DNA of 64,000 nt from Squalus acanthias (GCA_030390025.1 CM059432.1:69070001-69134000); one strand, 5' to 3'. Counted from the first letter of the stretch, positions 10,975 through 23,559 are shown. Notes: a model not told the origin generated them from the letters alone. Made by a program: numbers and translations.

Positions 10975-13900
10975 GACCTGGTCTGGCCTATATGTGACTC
11001 CACACCCACAGCAATGTGGTTGACTCTTAACTGCCCTCTGAAATGGCCTAGCAAGTCACTCAGTTGTAACTAACCGCTATGAAACAAAATAATAAGAATG
11101 AAACCGGACGGACCACCCGGCATCGACCTCGGCACTGGCTACGGATACGGCAATGGCACACCCAGCCCAGTCAACCCTGCAAAGTCCTCCTCACCAACTT
11201 CTTGGGACTTGTGCCAAAATTGGGAGAGCTGTCCCACAGACTAGTCAAGCAACAGCCTGACATAGTCATACTCACAGAATCATACCTTTCAACCAATGTC
11301 CCAAACACCTCCATCACCATCCCTGGGTATGTCATGTCCCACCGACAGGACAGACCCACCAGGGGTGGTGGCACAGTGGTATACAGTCGGGAAGGAGTGG
11401 CCCTGGGAGTCCTCAGCATTGACTCCGGACCCCATGAAGTCTCATGGCTTCAGGTCAAGCATGGGCAAGGAAACCTCCTGCTGATTACCACCTACCACCC
11501 TCCCTCAGCTGATGAATCAGTACTCCTCCATGTTGAACACCACTTGGAAGAAGCACTGAGCGTAGCAAGGGCACAGAATGTACTCTGGGTGGGGGACTTC
11601 AATGTCCATCACCAAGAGTGGCTCGGTAGCACCACTACTGACCGAGCTGGCCGAGTCCTGAAGGACATAACTGCCAGTCTGGGCCTGCGACAGGTGGTGA
11701 GTGAACCAGCACGAGGGACAAACCTACTTGACCTCGTCCTCACCAATCTGCCTGTCGCAGATGCATCTGTCCATCACAGCATTGGCAGCAGTGACCACCA
11801 CACGAAGTCCCGTCTTCACACTGAGAACACCCTCCATCGTGCTGTGTAGCACTACCACCGTGCTAAATGGGATAGATTCAGAACAGATCTAGCAGCTCAA
11901 AATTGGGCATTCATGAGGCGCGGTGGGACATCAGCAGCAGCAGAATTGTATTCCACCACAATCTGTAACCTCATGGCCCGGCATATCCCTCACTCTACCA
12001 TTACCACCAAGCCAGGGGACCAACCCTGGTTCAATAACGAGTGTAGAAGAGCATGCCGGGAGCAGCACCAGGCATACCTAAAAATGAGGTGCCAACCTGG
12101 GGAAGGTGCAACACAGGACCACATGCATGCTAAAAAGCGGAAGTAGCATGCTATAGACAATCAACGGATCAGATCAAAGCTCTGCAGTCCTGCCACATCC
12201 AGTCGTGAATGGTGGTGGACCATTAAACAACTAACGGGAGGAGGAGGCTCCAAGAATATCCCCATCCTCAATGATGGTGGAGCCCAACACGTGAGTGCAA
12301 AAGACAAGGCTGAAGCGTTTGCAACCAACTTCAGTCAGAAGTGCCGAGTGGATGATCCAAATTGGCCTACTCCCGAGGTCCCCACCATCACAGAAGCCAG
12401 TCTTCAGCCAATTCGATTCACTTCACGTGATATCAAGAAACGGCTGAGCGCACTGGATACAGCAAAGGCTATGGGCCCCGACAGTATCCCGGCTATCGTG
12501 CTGAAGACTTGTGCTCCAGAACTAGCCGCACCTCTAGCCAAGCTGTTCCAGTACAGCTACAACACTGGCATCTATCCGACAATGTGGAAAACTGCCCAGG
12601 TATGCCCTGTCCACAAAAAGCAGGACAAATCCAACACGGCCAATTACCGCCCCATCAGCCTACTCTCAATCATCAGCAAAGTGATGGATGGTGTCATCGA
12701 CAGTGCTATCAAGCGGCACTTACTCACCAATAACCTGCTCACTGATGCCCAGTTTGGGTTCCGCCAAGACCACTCGGCTCCCGACCTCATTATAGCCTTG
12801 GTCCAAACATGGACAAACGAGTTGAATTCCAGAGGTGAGGTGAGAGTGACTGCCCTTGACATCAAGGCAGCATTTGACTGAGTCTGGCATCAAGGAGGCC
12901 TAGTAAAACTGAAGTCAATGGGAATCAGGGGGAAAACACTCCACTGGCTGGAGTCATACCTAGCACAAAGGAAGATGGTTGTGGTGGTTGAAGGTCAATC
13001 ATCACAGCTCCAGGACATCGCTGCAGGAGTTCCTCAGGGCAGTGTCCTAGGCCCAACCATCTTCAGCTGCTTCATCAATGACCTTCCCTCCAACATAAGA
13101 TCAGAAATGGGGATGTTCACTGATGACTGCACAATGTTCAGCGCCATTCACAACTCCACAGATAGTGAAGCAGTCCATGCCTACATGCAACAAGACCTGG
13201 ACGACGTTCAGGCTTGGGCTGATAAGTGGCAGGTAACATTCGCGCCACAGAAGTGCCAGGCAATGACTATCTCCAACAAGCGAGAGTCTAACTACCTCCC
13301 CTTGACATTCAATGGCATTACCATCACCGAATCCCCCACTATCAACATCCTGGGGTTCACCATTAACCAGAAACTTAACTGGACCAGCCACATAAATACT
13401 GTGGCAACAAGAGCAGGTCAGAGTCTAGGTATTCTGCGGCGAGTGTCTCACCTCCTGACTCCCCAAAGCCTTTCCACCATCTACAAGGCACAAGTAAGGA
13501 GTGTGATGGAATACGCTCCACTTGCCTGGATGAGTACAGCTCCAACAACACTCAAGAAGCTCGACACCATCCAGGACAAAGCAGCCCGCTTGATTGGCAC
13601 CCCATCCACCACCTTAAACATTCACTCCCTCCACCACCGGCGTACCGTGGCTGCAGTGTGTACCATCTACAAGATGCACTGCAGCTTCTTCGGCAGCACC
13701 TCTCAAACCCGTGACCTCTTCCACCTAGAAGGACAAGGGCAGCAGGAGCATGGGAACACCAACACCTGCAAGTTCCCCTCCAAGTCACACACCATCCTGA
13801 CTTAGAAGTATATCGCCGATCCTTCATTGTCGCTGGGTCAAAATCCTGTAACTCCCTAACTAACAGCACTGTGGGGGTACCATCACCACACGGACTGTAG

Positions 13901-14008
13901 CGGTTCAAGCGGCGGCTCACCACCACCTTCTCAAGGGCAACTAGGGATGGGCAATAAATGCTGGCCTTGCCAGCGATGCCCAGATCCCATAAACGAATAA
14001 AAAAAAAA
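10975..14008 (+). mobile_element. Non-LTR retrotransposon (APE-RT, CR1-group, poly(A)-tailed; clade not assigned), near-complete but disrupted ORF
   Basis: ORF 11079-11849 is an AP endonuclease (DIVILTES, GDFNVHH, LDLVLT, SDH); ORFs 12291-12881 and 12918-13805 are RT (NYRPISLL, QFGFR, GVPQGSVLGP, FTDD). Ends GCTGGCCTTGCCAGCGATGCCC...AATAAAAAAAAAA. Confidence 0.92.
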
Positions 14009-14475
14009 TGTCAACCACAGTAGAGGGGAATCCTCGGTTGAGGAAAAAGGAAGACATATCGGAAGCACTAGTATGGAAGGTGGCATCGTCAGAACAGATG
14101 TGACGGAAATGGAGAAACTGGGAGAATGGAATAGAGTCCTTACAGGAAGCGGGGTGGGAGGAAGTGTAGTTTAGGTAGCTGTGGGAGTCAGTGGGCTTAT
14201 AGTGGATGCTTGTCGATAGCCTATCCCCAGAAATGGAGACAGAGAAGTCGAGGAAGGGAATGGAAGAGTTGGAGATGGACCATGTGAAGGTGAGGGAAGG
14301 GTGAAAATTGGAAGCAAAGTGAATGAAATTTTCTAGTTCAGGGTGAGAGCAGGAAACGGCACCGATACAGTCATAAATGTACCATAAAAAGAGGTGAGGG
14401 AGGGGACCTGAGTAGGACTGGAACAAAGAATGTTTCACATATCCCACGAAAAGGCAGGTATAGCTAGGTACCCGC

Positions 14476-15639
14476 ATGGGTCCTAGCTATGCCTGCCTTT
14501 TCGTGGGATATGTGGAACACTCTTTGTTCCAGTCCTACTCGGGTCCCCTCCCTCACCTCTTTTTCCGGTACATTGATGACTGTATCGGTGCCGTCTCCTG
14601 CTCTCGCCCTGAACTAGAACATTTCATTCACTATGCTTCCAATTTCCACCCTTCCCTCACCTTCACATGGTCCATTTCCGACTCTTCCCTTCCCTTCCTC
14701 GACTTCTCCATCTCCATCTCTGGGGATAGGTTATTGACTAACATTCACTACAAGCCCACTGACTCCCACAGCTACCTGGACTACACTTCCTCCCACCCCG
14801 CCTCCTGTAAGGACTCTATTCCATTCTCCCAGTTTCTCCGTCTCCGCCGCATCTGCTCTGATGATGCCACCTTCCATACCAGTGCTTCCGACATGTCTTC
14901 CTTTTTCCTCAACCGAGGATTCCCCTCTACCGTGGTCGACACGGCCCTCGACCGTGTCCGTTCTATCTCCCGCACTTCTGCCCTCACCCCTGCCCCTCCC
15001 TCCCGGAACCACGATAGGGTTCCCCTTGTCCTCACCTTTCACCCCACCAGCCTCCACATTCAACGGATCATCCTTCGCCATTTCCGCCACCTCCAGCGTG
15101 ATCCCACCACCAAACACATCTTCCCCTCACCTCCCCTTTCAGCATTCCGCAGGGACCGCTCCCTCCGCGACACCCTAGTCCACTCCTCTACCACCCCCAG
15201 CACCCCTTCCCCTTCGCCCGGCACCTTCCCGTGCACGCGCAGGAGATGCAACACATGCCCTTACACCTCCCCTCTTCCCACTGTCCAGGGCCCCAAACAC
15301 CCCTTCCAGGTGAAACAGTGATTTACTTGTACTTCCTGCAATTTAGTATACTGTATTCGCTGCTCACGATGTGGTCTCCTCTACATTGGGGAGACCAAAC
15401 GCAGATTGGGTGACCGCTTTGCGGAACACCTCCGTTCAGTCCGTAAGGGGGACCCCGAGCTCCCGGTGGCCTGTCACTTTAATTCACCGCTTCACTCCCA
15501 CTCTGACCTCACCGTCCTCGGCCTATTACACTGTTCCACGGAAGCGCAGCGTAAGCTCGAGGAACAGCACCTCATCTTTCGTTTAGGCACGCTACAGCCC
15601 TCTGGACTCAATATCGAGTTCAACAATTTTAGATCATAA
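14476..15639 (+). pseudogene. Penelope RT-GIY-YIG ORF (3' half) with one in-frame stop
   Basis: RYIDD RT motif, CTRRRCNTC linker, NLVYCIRC..LYIGET..RFAEH GIY-YIG. ORFs 14476-15321 and 15406-15639 are in one frame, separated by a TGA at 15319-15321 (probably CGA>TGA). Confidence 0.9.
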
Positions 15640-15918
15640 CCTCAGCTCCAATCACATTTATATTTTATTTTTTCCACCCTTTTATTTGCCCCCGCCCCCA
15701 CCTTTTTTTTCCTCCTAGAAGCTGGCAGCTGTCCTTCATTCTGCCAGTGGATTTCACACTTCTTTCAGCCTTAATCTGTCACATTAACACCACCTCTAGC
15801 CTTGCATATCTCTTAATGTCTCTTAATGTCTCTTCATCTCCCCCTTTGTTCCTTTATCCCCTCCCCCTTTTCCCAGCTTTACTCTGGCCTTAAATCTATT
15901 TGATTTCCGGCTCTTCAC

Positions 15919-15955
15919 AGTTCTGACGAAAGGTCATCGACCTGAAACGTTAACT
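15919..15955 (+). ncRNA. Minimal type I hammerhead ribozyme motif (Penelope-associated)
   Basis: AGTT-CTGACGA-A-AGGTC-ATC-GACCT-GAAA-CG-TT-AACT: intact CUGANGA and GAAA boxes, 5-bp stem II, 4-bp stem I, palindromic ACGT in place of stem III, GUU triplet. Confidence 0.8.
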
Positions 15956-16577
15956 CTCTTTCTCTCTCCACGGATGCTGCCTGGCCTGCTGAGTTTTTCC
16001 AGCGTTTTCTGTTGTTATTTCAGATTTCCAGCATCCGCAGTATTTTGCTATCGTATAGCTAGGGCCCAGGCAGGTTCCCATAGTAACACCTTTAATTTGG
16101 AGGAAGTGAGTGGAGTCAAAGGAGAAGTTGTTCAATGTGAGAACAAGTTCAGCCAGGTGGAGGAGAGTGGTGGTGGATGGGGACTGGTTGGGCCTCTGTT
16201 GAAGGAAGAAGCAGAGCGCCCTCAGGCCGTCCTGGTGGGGGATGGAGGTGTGGAGGGATTGGATGTCCATAGTGAAAAGGAAACGGTTGGGGCCGGGAAA
16301 CTGGAAACAGTTAAAGTGGTGGAGGGCGTCGGAAGAGTCGTAAATGTAGGTGGGAAGAGACTGGACAAGGGGAGAAAAAATAGAGTCGAGATAGGAAGAA
16401 ATCAGTTCCATGGGGCAAGAACAGGCTAAAATGATGGGTCTACTAGGATAGTGGGATAGGACTTTGTCTCTATCAGGTAGGCTCTCCAACCAGGTACATG
16501 TCCACAGGAAGGCAGTGAGAATCATAAGACAGGACATCCCTGGGCTTTGTCACAATAGGTAGTCAGACAACAGCATT

Positions 16578-17029
16578 GAAATTAAGAAGTAGTTTATTTT
16601 GAAGGAAGGTTATACAACTGTCTAATTTGTAAGAGCAGTTTAAGTGAATAGGTATAGTGCAAAAGTGAAAAGTAGGTAGTCATTTATTATTGGCAAAAAA
16701 AATAGAATTTTATTAGCTTTGAGACATACTGAGGATAGAATTCCTATAATAATTCTGGAAGAAGACTGCCTGCTGTCTTGGACGTAGTATATAGTAAGGA
16801 GGAAGAAGAAAGCAGGAGAAAAACAACTAAAAGATGAATTTAACTTTTGGAAATTAAGAAGTAGTTTATTTTGAAGAAAGGTTATACAACTGCCTAATTT
16901 GTAAGAGCAGTTTAAGTGACTAGGTATAGTGCAAAAGTGAAAAGTAGGTAGTCATTTATCATTGGCAAAAAAAATAGAATTTTGTTAGCTTTGAGGCATA
17001 CTGAGGATAGAATTCCGATAATAATTCTG
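16578..17029. repeat. Two 180-bp direct repeats (16578-16757, 16850-17029) with a 92-bp spacer
   Basis: GAAATTAAGAAGTAGTTTATTTTGAAG...TAATAATTCTG occurs twice with only a few substitutions. Confidence 0.95.
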
Positions 17030-19536
17030 TCATCAACTATTTTACTGCTGAGGAGTTTAAAATAGTTCCCCCTGAGTTCAGTCTGAATAAAACTTTGCTG
17101 CCCGTGTTTAAACAAAAAGTCATAAAGTCTGGAGTTGTGGCCAGATTTCCTCTGCAAGGTGAGGCGTGGCCTACACTAAGTGTATGGGACTGTATGAAAT
17201 GGACACACCTTGTGCAAGAGAGCCTAAAGCTGGAAAGCAGCCAAGGAGTCAGACGCCAGGCTCTATACTCTAGATGGTGGGAGAGGTCACTCGGCCTGGT
17301 TATACAATGGTATTATCTGAGGCCAACTACTGCAACAGAAACTCAGAATACTTCCTGTCCTCATGGCTGCAATACAAACTATCCAGCTTTCAGCCTCATT
17401 CTGTCACACTGGCAACCACTTGGTCTCCACATAATGTCTGATGGTTGGGAAAGGAAAGCATTTCTGCTTTCTTGGGAATTCCATGCTTAAGCACTCAGCT
17501 CTTGCAGCGTAAAATACTTTTGGTGCAGATTTATTTCTTTTAACTTGGATAAAAAATAAACAATTCAAATTGATTTTTTTTAGATTTTATTAGGATGTTA
17601 GTTTAGAAATCATGAAAAAAAATATTGTCAATAACCTTTTTTAATGCAATAATTCTTGTGCTATTTTGCATCAACTATGGGAATAACTCTCTGCAGATTA
17701 ATTCAAATGACTGAGATCTTGATTTCATTGAAAGCATTCAGAGTTCAAATCCCAGGGCTACCTGTTACAAATGGTACTTCTATGTTTTCCAGGTGGTCCC
17801 AAGGGATTGATGCTGAAAAGGAGACCCAAGACCTCCGTGTGTTGCTCTCTCCTACTTACATTTTTTCCTCTTAATACTCCGAATCAAGACAGAAGTCATA
17901 TCATTTCTAGCGTTAAAAGGGAGGGAATCTGGCTCTGCACTAGGTTTAACCGTGGAGACAAAACACTCCTTGTCAGAGAAGAGTATTCCTTTGTTTGAAT
18001 GCCCCCAGCAGTTCAGAACTTAGAATAAGGATAAGCTAAAAATTGAATCTTAAGTCAAAACAATCTGAATTGAGTAGATTCTGATTTAAGATGCAGACGT
18101 GCATTTTCTGTGTACATTAGGGTTGGCAACTCTGATTGGAGGAATTCCTAGAGGGTTGATCACATGACATTCTGACCATGCGACGACTGGTCAGGTGATA
18201 TCTGCAAATGCTATTGCATGTTGGGTCCCCTGTAGTTGAGTATCTTCGTACGTGGTTTCAGGCGAACAGCTATTGTGCGAGGAGTTCTGAGAACCAGAAT
18301 GCCACTGTGAGCAGGAAATAATGGGAAACCAAAGGTAGAGGAGGGATTCACAGGGAGAAACCAGAGATGGGAGGAACTTTGTTTCCACTAGTAGCTAATA
18401 GCATCTCACTGAAATTGCGACAATAGCTAATAGTAACACTGTTAATACACAGATTCCCCACATAACCAATACTAATACAATAACTCACTGAAAGTCTATA
18501 TGTCACTGGTAGTAATAGGTGTATACAAGGTGTGATAAGACTCCCCATTCGATGCTACTTTTAACAGGCCCAGTCTCTCTCCCTATCTCCTTGGACTCTG
18601 GTTTGGATTCAGATTCTGAGTGAAGGTGACAACTCTGAAATGAGAGCCTCAGTCAGAGCCGATCTGTGCTTGGACTTCACATGTCAAAACTGGACAGCAC
18701 AGATCAACCTGAACCAAACCGAGGGCAGCGAGCTCGATGTTTGGGGGACTTCTCACAGGGCACATTCTCCTAAACTCAGCTCAGCATTAACACTTCTAAA
18801 CAACACCCTGGGCTTGGACTCAATAAAAGAGAATTTTCATGGAATAATAGAAATTACAGCACAGGAGGAGCCCATTCAGCGCCCTGTGCCAGTGCCTGTG
18901 CTGGCACACTCTCCTGTAATTCCATTCCCCCCCCGCCAGATCCTTTAATATTCCCCCTTTTCAAATACTTATTCCATTCACTTAAAAATTATGTTCTAGT
19001 CTCTGTCTCAATAACCACTTGTGGTGAAGCATCCTAAGGGGCAAAAACCTTCCTTCTCTCTGAGTTCTTCCATTGAGAATCCTCAGTCTCCATCAACTTG
19101 TTCCCCATTTGCCCACCGGTGAAAACAATCTTTCACTATTTACCCAGACTAAAATCCCAGGGTTTTACTCACCCCTTTACTTGCTGCTCCTATCTCAGCG
19201 ATGCTCCCACTCACTACATTGTTGCTGATGCTCCCGGCTCTGCAAAAATGCTGGGCTCCACACCCATTCCCACCCCATTCCCCAGCCACGCTCTCTCTCC
19301 CGCTCGAGCCCCAATCTGCCGGTCCCCCATTCTAGTTTCCCTCTCTCCCGCGAACCCCATCTCCTGACCTCGTTCCTCAACCTCCCTCTTTTACCCGAGC
19401 ACCCATCCCCCGTCCCCCACTCCCCTGTCTCCCTCTCCCTGACCTTCAGTCCGCTGTCACTCTCTCCCCCCACCCTGAGCCCCAATCCCTGACACCCCGT
19501 CCCCAGTCTGGGTACCCACTCATCCCCACCATCACC

Positions 19537-20132
19537 CTTCCTCAGATAAGGCGACCAAAACTGCACACAGTACTCAAGGTGTGGTCTCACCAAGGCCCTG
19601 TACAACTGCAGCAAGACATCCTTGTTCCTGTACTCAAACCCTCTCACTATGAAGGCCAACATACCATTTGCCTTCTTAACCGCCTGCTGCACCTGCATGC
19701 TTACCTTCAGCGACTGGTGCACAAGGACACCCAGGTCTCGTTGCACTTCCCCTTCTCCCAATCTATTGCCATTCAGATAATAATCTGCCTTTCTGTTTTT
19801 GACACCAAAGTGGATAACCTCGCATTTATCCACGTTATATTGCATCTGCCACGCTTTTGCCCAATCACCCAACCTGTCCAAATCATCCTGGAGTTTCTCG
19901 GCATCCTCCTCGCAGCACACACGCCCACCCAGTTTTGTGTCGTCTGCAAACTTGGAGATATTACATCTAGTTCCCTTGTCTAGATCATTAATATATATTG
20001 TGAATAGCTGGGGTCCAAGGACCGATCCCTGCGGTACCCCACTAGTCACTGCCTTCCACTCGGAAAAAGACCCGTTTATTCCAGCTCTTTGCTTTCTGTC
20101 TGCCAACCAGTTCTCTATCCAAGTCAATACCT
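19537..20132 (-). mobile_element. CR1 RT internal fragment
   Basis: The first ~195 aa of ORF 19195-20127 (GVPQGSVLGP, FADD, RPHLEYCVQFW). Confidence 0.93.
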
Positions 20133-20134
20133 TG

Positions 20135-20325
20135 CAGTCGAGTGCGCAACGCCCCGGTAGCGCCCTGGAGCGGATATTGAGTGGCGCCCCCTGCCTTACC
20201 GCCTGCCGCTAGCAACGACAGGTTGAGGGGAGCATTTTGCAGTCAGGAAGGGACTGGGGAACGCTATTTAAAGGCGACCACTTCCTGCCTTTTTTTGTTG
20301 GTGACATTTTTGAACCACGCATTCT

Positions 20326-20356
<31 letters not shown>

Positions 20357-20858
20357 CTGGAGAGATTCAACGCTGTGTGAAGGAGTTTTGGGTACTGAGC
20401 AGCACTTTGCAGGTTCATTTTGATTTGCCCTTCCTTGTATCGATTTAGAAGAGACTGTGGAGGTTGCACTCTGAGCTCTTTCCCTGGTTCGCTCCATTGT
20501 TCTTTCCAGCAGATTTGATGTACAGGTCTCTCCAGGCCGAGATTCAAGGCTGCAATGAGCAGGATGTGGATGGAAAGCAAGATCAACCCTCCCCTTTAAG
20601 AACTGGCCGGCGCCATTGTGTCTGTGTTCCATTGCTGACTGACATCACATGAGCTTCGCCAGCGCTCTGAGTTAACGCCTCGCTCCTCGGCCTTTGCGCC
20701 TTAAGACAGATGTGTAGCGCCTGATTTAGCGCTCCAATCACCTCCAGCGGCGATAAAAGTCAAGTTTACAGTCGGAGGCGATAATTAGCACCAGGCGCTA
20801 ATCTTTGCGCCCGGTTGATAATTGTGCCCCAAACGGGGCGATACTGAATTTTTCCCCC
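20135..20858 (+). mobile_element. Non-autonomous TIR element (MITE family A), left-truncated
   Basis: Near-identical to 60435-61149; ends ACTGAATTTTTCCCCC. Confidence 0.85.
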
Positions 20859-21684
20859 ATGGAATACAAAGCAAGGAGGTAATGTTAAACTTGTACAAAA
20901 CCTTATTCTGGCTGCAGTTGGAATATTGTGTGGACTTTTGGCCCTGCAAAACCAATGATGCCAACCTACAAAAATGGATCAAGGTCACAGTGGGGTCAGG
21001 ATGATGGTTGAGATCCTATCCCAACTTTTCTCCAGTGGCCAACCTGTTCAGGAGGAAACTCCAGCCCACCCATGGCTTGTGATGAAAAATACCAGCATAG
21101 ACTAGATGATAGGGTTGGTATTCTGAAAATATGAGATTAAATGGGCTAAAGGGTCTTCTTCATATTAAATCTCTCCCTATAATCAACATTTATAAAACTG
21201 AAAAAAACAGCAACAAGGGTGACTGAGAGGCACTGATAAATGAATAGGGAATCACAAGGGAACTTTCACAATTGTATGAGAATTCATTAGGGTATCCATT
21301 TCCTTTAACATGCAATTTGTACAGTGAGTTACAGCTATTGTTGCATACAAAGAGATGGATCGGCTTAGTAACAAGCCTTTAAGGCTACAATAATTGCAAA
21401 ATATAAACTCAACCTCTGGCCTAGATTGTTCTAGGTTTAAACATACAAAGTCGTCAAGAGCAGTTCAATGGGTGGTACTTTCAGTGGTTACAGGGAAACA
21501 GTTGACAGTTCTGCAGGGAAAATCTTGCTCCAGCACAGAGTGACAATTGTAAAACCAGATGTAAACTTTTGGCAAAGCTTAAAAGCACCAGAAGATTCTA
21601 CTTTTGTCTTATAGGAGCAGCCTTCAATGCACATTGTTAATATTTTCATTCAGCCTTACCCTAGGTCCCTTATAAAAGAAAAGA

Positions 21685-21792
21685 AAGAACTTGCATTTAT
21701 ATCGCACCTTTCACAATCGCAGGACGTCCTAAAGCGCTTTACAGCCAATTAAGTACTTTTGAAGTGTAGTCACTGTTGTAATGTAGGAAACA
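21685..21792 (-). mobile_element. DeuSINE 3' fragment
   Basis: AAGAACTTGCATTTATAT...AAAGCGCTTTACAGCCAAT...GTAGTCACTGTTGTAATG is the reverse complement of the SINE tail. Confidence 0.8.
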
Positions 21793-22924
21793 TTATATCT
21801 GAGAGAGTTGGATAAGAAGCAGTTTGATACTGTGGATCCTTGTCTACTGGCATTTTGATATTGTCAATGCTTATTTGGCTCCTGCCTTTTATAGCATTTG
21901 TGATCCTTTAAAGCCATGAAAGGAGATAATTTAATTAGTTGTCTTTGAGCTGGATTGTAAATCTGGATCCTTGGAACTGAAGGCAAAAGGCAGGTAACCA
22001 TTGTGTTAGGCCACTAGACAATGGAGAATCATTAGATAATAGAGGGACATTTTCAAAATAGCAGAAAACAATTAATGGGAACACCTCTGTGCTGTGAATA
22101 GCTTTCCTTTTATTTGCTTTATCCTATCACACAAACAGTAGTAATATATGTACATTGCTGCCAATCAGCAATAACGTGACCTGTATGTATACAAGGTATA
22201 ACATTATTAACTCATCTCCAACAGAGGATTTGCATTTGGTAATAAGAGGGTGTTACCTGTGTTTTGGACATCCTTTTCCAAGAATCTCAAACTATGCACA
22301 ATTTCCATAGTCAAATTAACAACACCTTTTCCTTAAAAAATCTCAGCAGCCACCACAAAGTAGTTACACTACTTCATTAATAACATTGATTTATTCAATA
22401 GAGAAAATAAATCACTGGCTGTGCTGGTTAGGATAATGTCAAAGAAGCAACTCTCAATCTAAAGTGCTCCTATAAACTCCTAGCATGTGTATGGAAGCAA
22501 TCGATGCCAGAGCACATGTTCCACTTAAAAGGATGTTCCCATGAACCATCTAGTCATTAACTAGCATGTACTGTACTGTACTCAATGATGTTATGAGAGT
22601 CTAATTGCCCAAATGTACTGTTAGCTTCTGTTCCCACAGAATCAGCAAGTCAGTTTTTACCGGCAAATGTGTTGCTGTATTGCATTCCTAAGAGGTGAGC
22701 GAGCCCTGAATAACCAACCAGCACAAAGGACTGCTGCCCAGTATTTCAAGTATCAGAACACATAGTGACAGAATGGAAATAGGAACAAACCTTTGAAGTT
22801 TAGTCAGTAATGACTGATAACGTATATACCTGTATTTTATTATATAATGCCAAGGGAAGTGTGCCAGGTTTGAAACTTCTAACCTCTGGTAGTTAAGAAG
22901 AAAAAGTGATGTTTGTTTTCATGG

Positions 22925-23335
22925 AATATCAAATTTTATATATGCTGTTCTTGTTTCTTTTTTATATTTCTCACTTTTGTGATTTTTGTTTTACATTTTT
23001 TATTGTTTCACTTCTGCCTTTTCCTTTTTTATATTTTACTTTTATTATTTTAATTTGTTTCCTTTTATTATTGAGATCTATTTTTATTTCCTTTTTTGTT
23101 CCCCCCCCCCAATACTTGCTTCAGTTCCTTTGTTGCAATCATTGTTTTTATATTTTTCATTTTCTTTTCCCAAGCCATTTTGTGGTTTATTTCCTGCTTG
23201 TGTCTTTCTAATTACTTTATTTTTTTTGAATTCTTCTTCCTTGCTTTTCCCTATTTTTGGTTCTTGCTTCTTTATATTCATTTTCATGTATACTTTTCCT
23301 TTATCCCCTTAAACTGTAAAATATTTTTAAAAACT
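22925..23335. repeat. T-rich low-complexity tract
   Basis: About 400 bp strongly T-rich on the + strand, with no fixed period. Confidence 0.85.
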
Positions 23336-23559
23336 TATATCTGCACATGCTTCCTGTCTCCACTACTTGACATTCTGTTATCACATTTTTGTCTGTAATA
23401 GTGAGAACGTGTTATCAGAGGAGAAAGGGAATTAAGGAGACTGTTGTAGATAAAAACACTTGTAGAAGAGGCAAATTATATTTTTTTTTAATGATAAAAA
23501 TAGGAGAAAAGAATAAGGGTTAATATTCCAAAAAATCAGAGGATGGATTGAGTGCTAAG

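Larger units (their letters stand above)
14469..16052 (+). mobile_element. Younger 5'-truncated Penelope-like element
   Basis: RT C-terminal half plus GIY-YIG endonuclease and 3' repeat; flanked by the 11-bp TSD GTATAGCTAGG at 14458-14468 and 16053-16063. Confidence 0.92.
9926..16450 (-). mobile_element. Older Penelope-like element in three pieces (9926-10974, 14009-14468, 16053-16450), split by a LINE and by a younger Penelope copy
   Basis: Minus-strand ORFs 15950-16537 (FTMDIQSLHTSIP...IKGVTMGTCLGPSY), 13941-14477 and 10331-10882 are consecutive parts of one RT/GIY-YIG ORF, and the sequence rejoins across both insertions. Confidence 0.88.

Noticed and set aside
16578..17029. CRISPR array or TRIM
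   Set aside because: Only two 180-bp units in a eukaryotic context, with no cas genes, PBS or TSD.
17095..17998. Host exons (131-aa ORF; acceptor TTTTCCAG at 17792)
   Set aside because: No recognisable protein and no convincing donor site.
19195..19536. Novel Gly/Glu/Arg-rich C-terminus fused to RT
   Set aside because: Read-through from a truncated CR1 into a C-rich low-complexity tract.
20209..20652. Conserved ORFs repeated at 60481-60923
   Set aside because: The similarity reflects two copies of MITE A; the (GA)n length differs and no domain is recognisable.
22906..23398. Hydrophobic membrane-protein-like ORFs
   Set aside because: Phe/Ile/Leu richness comes from the T-rich low-complexity DNA.
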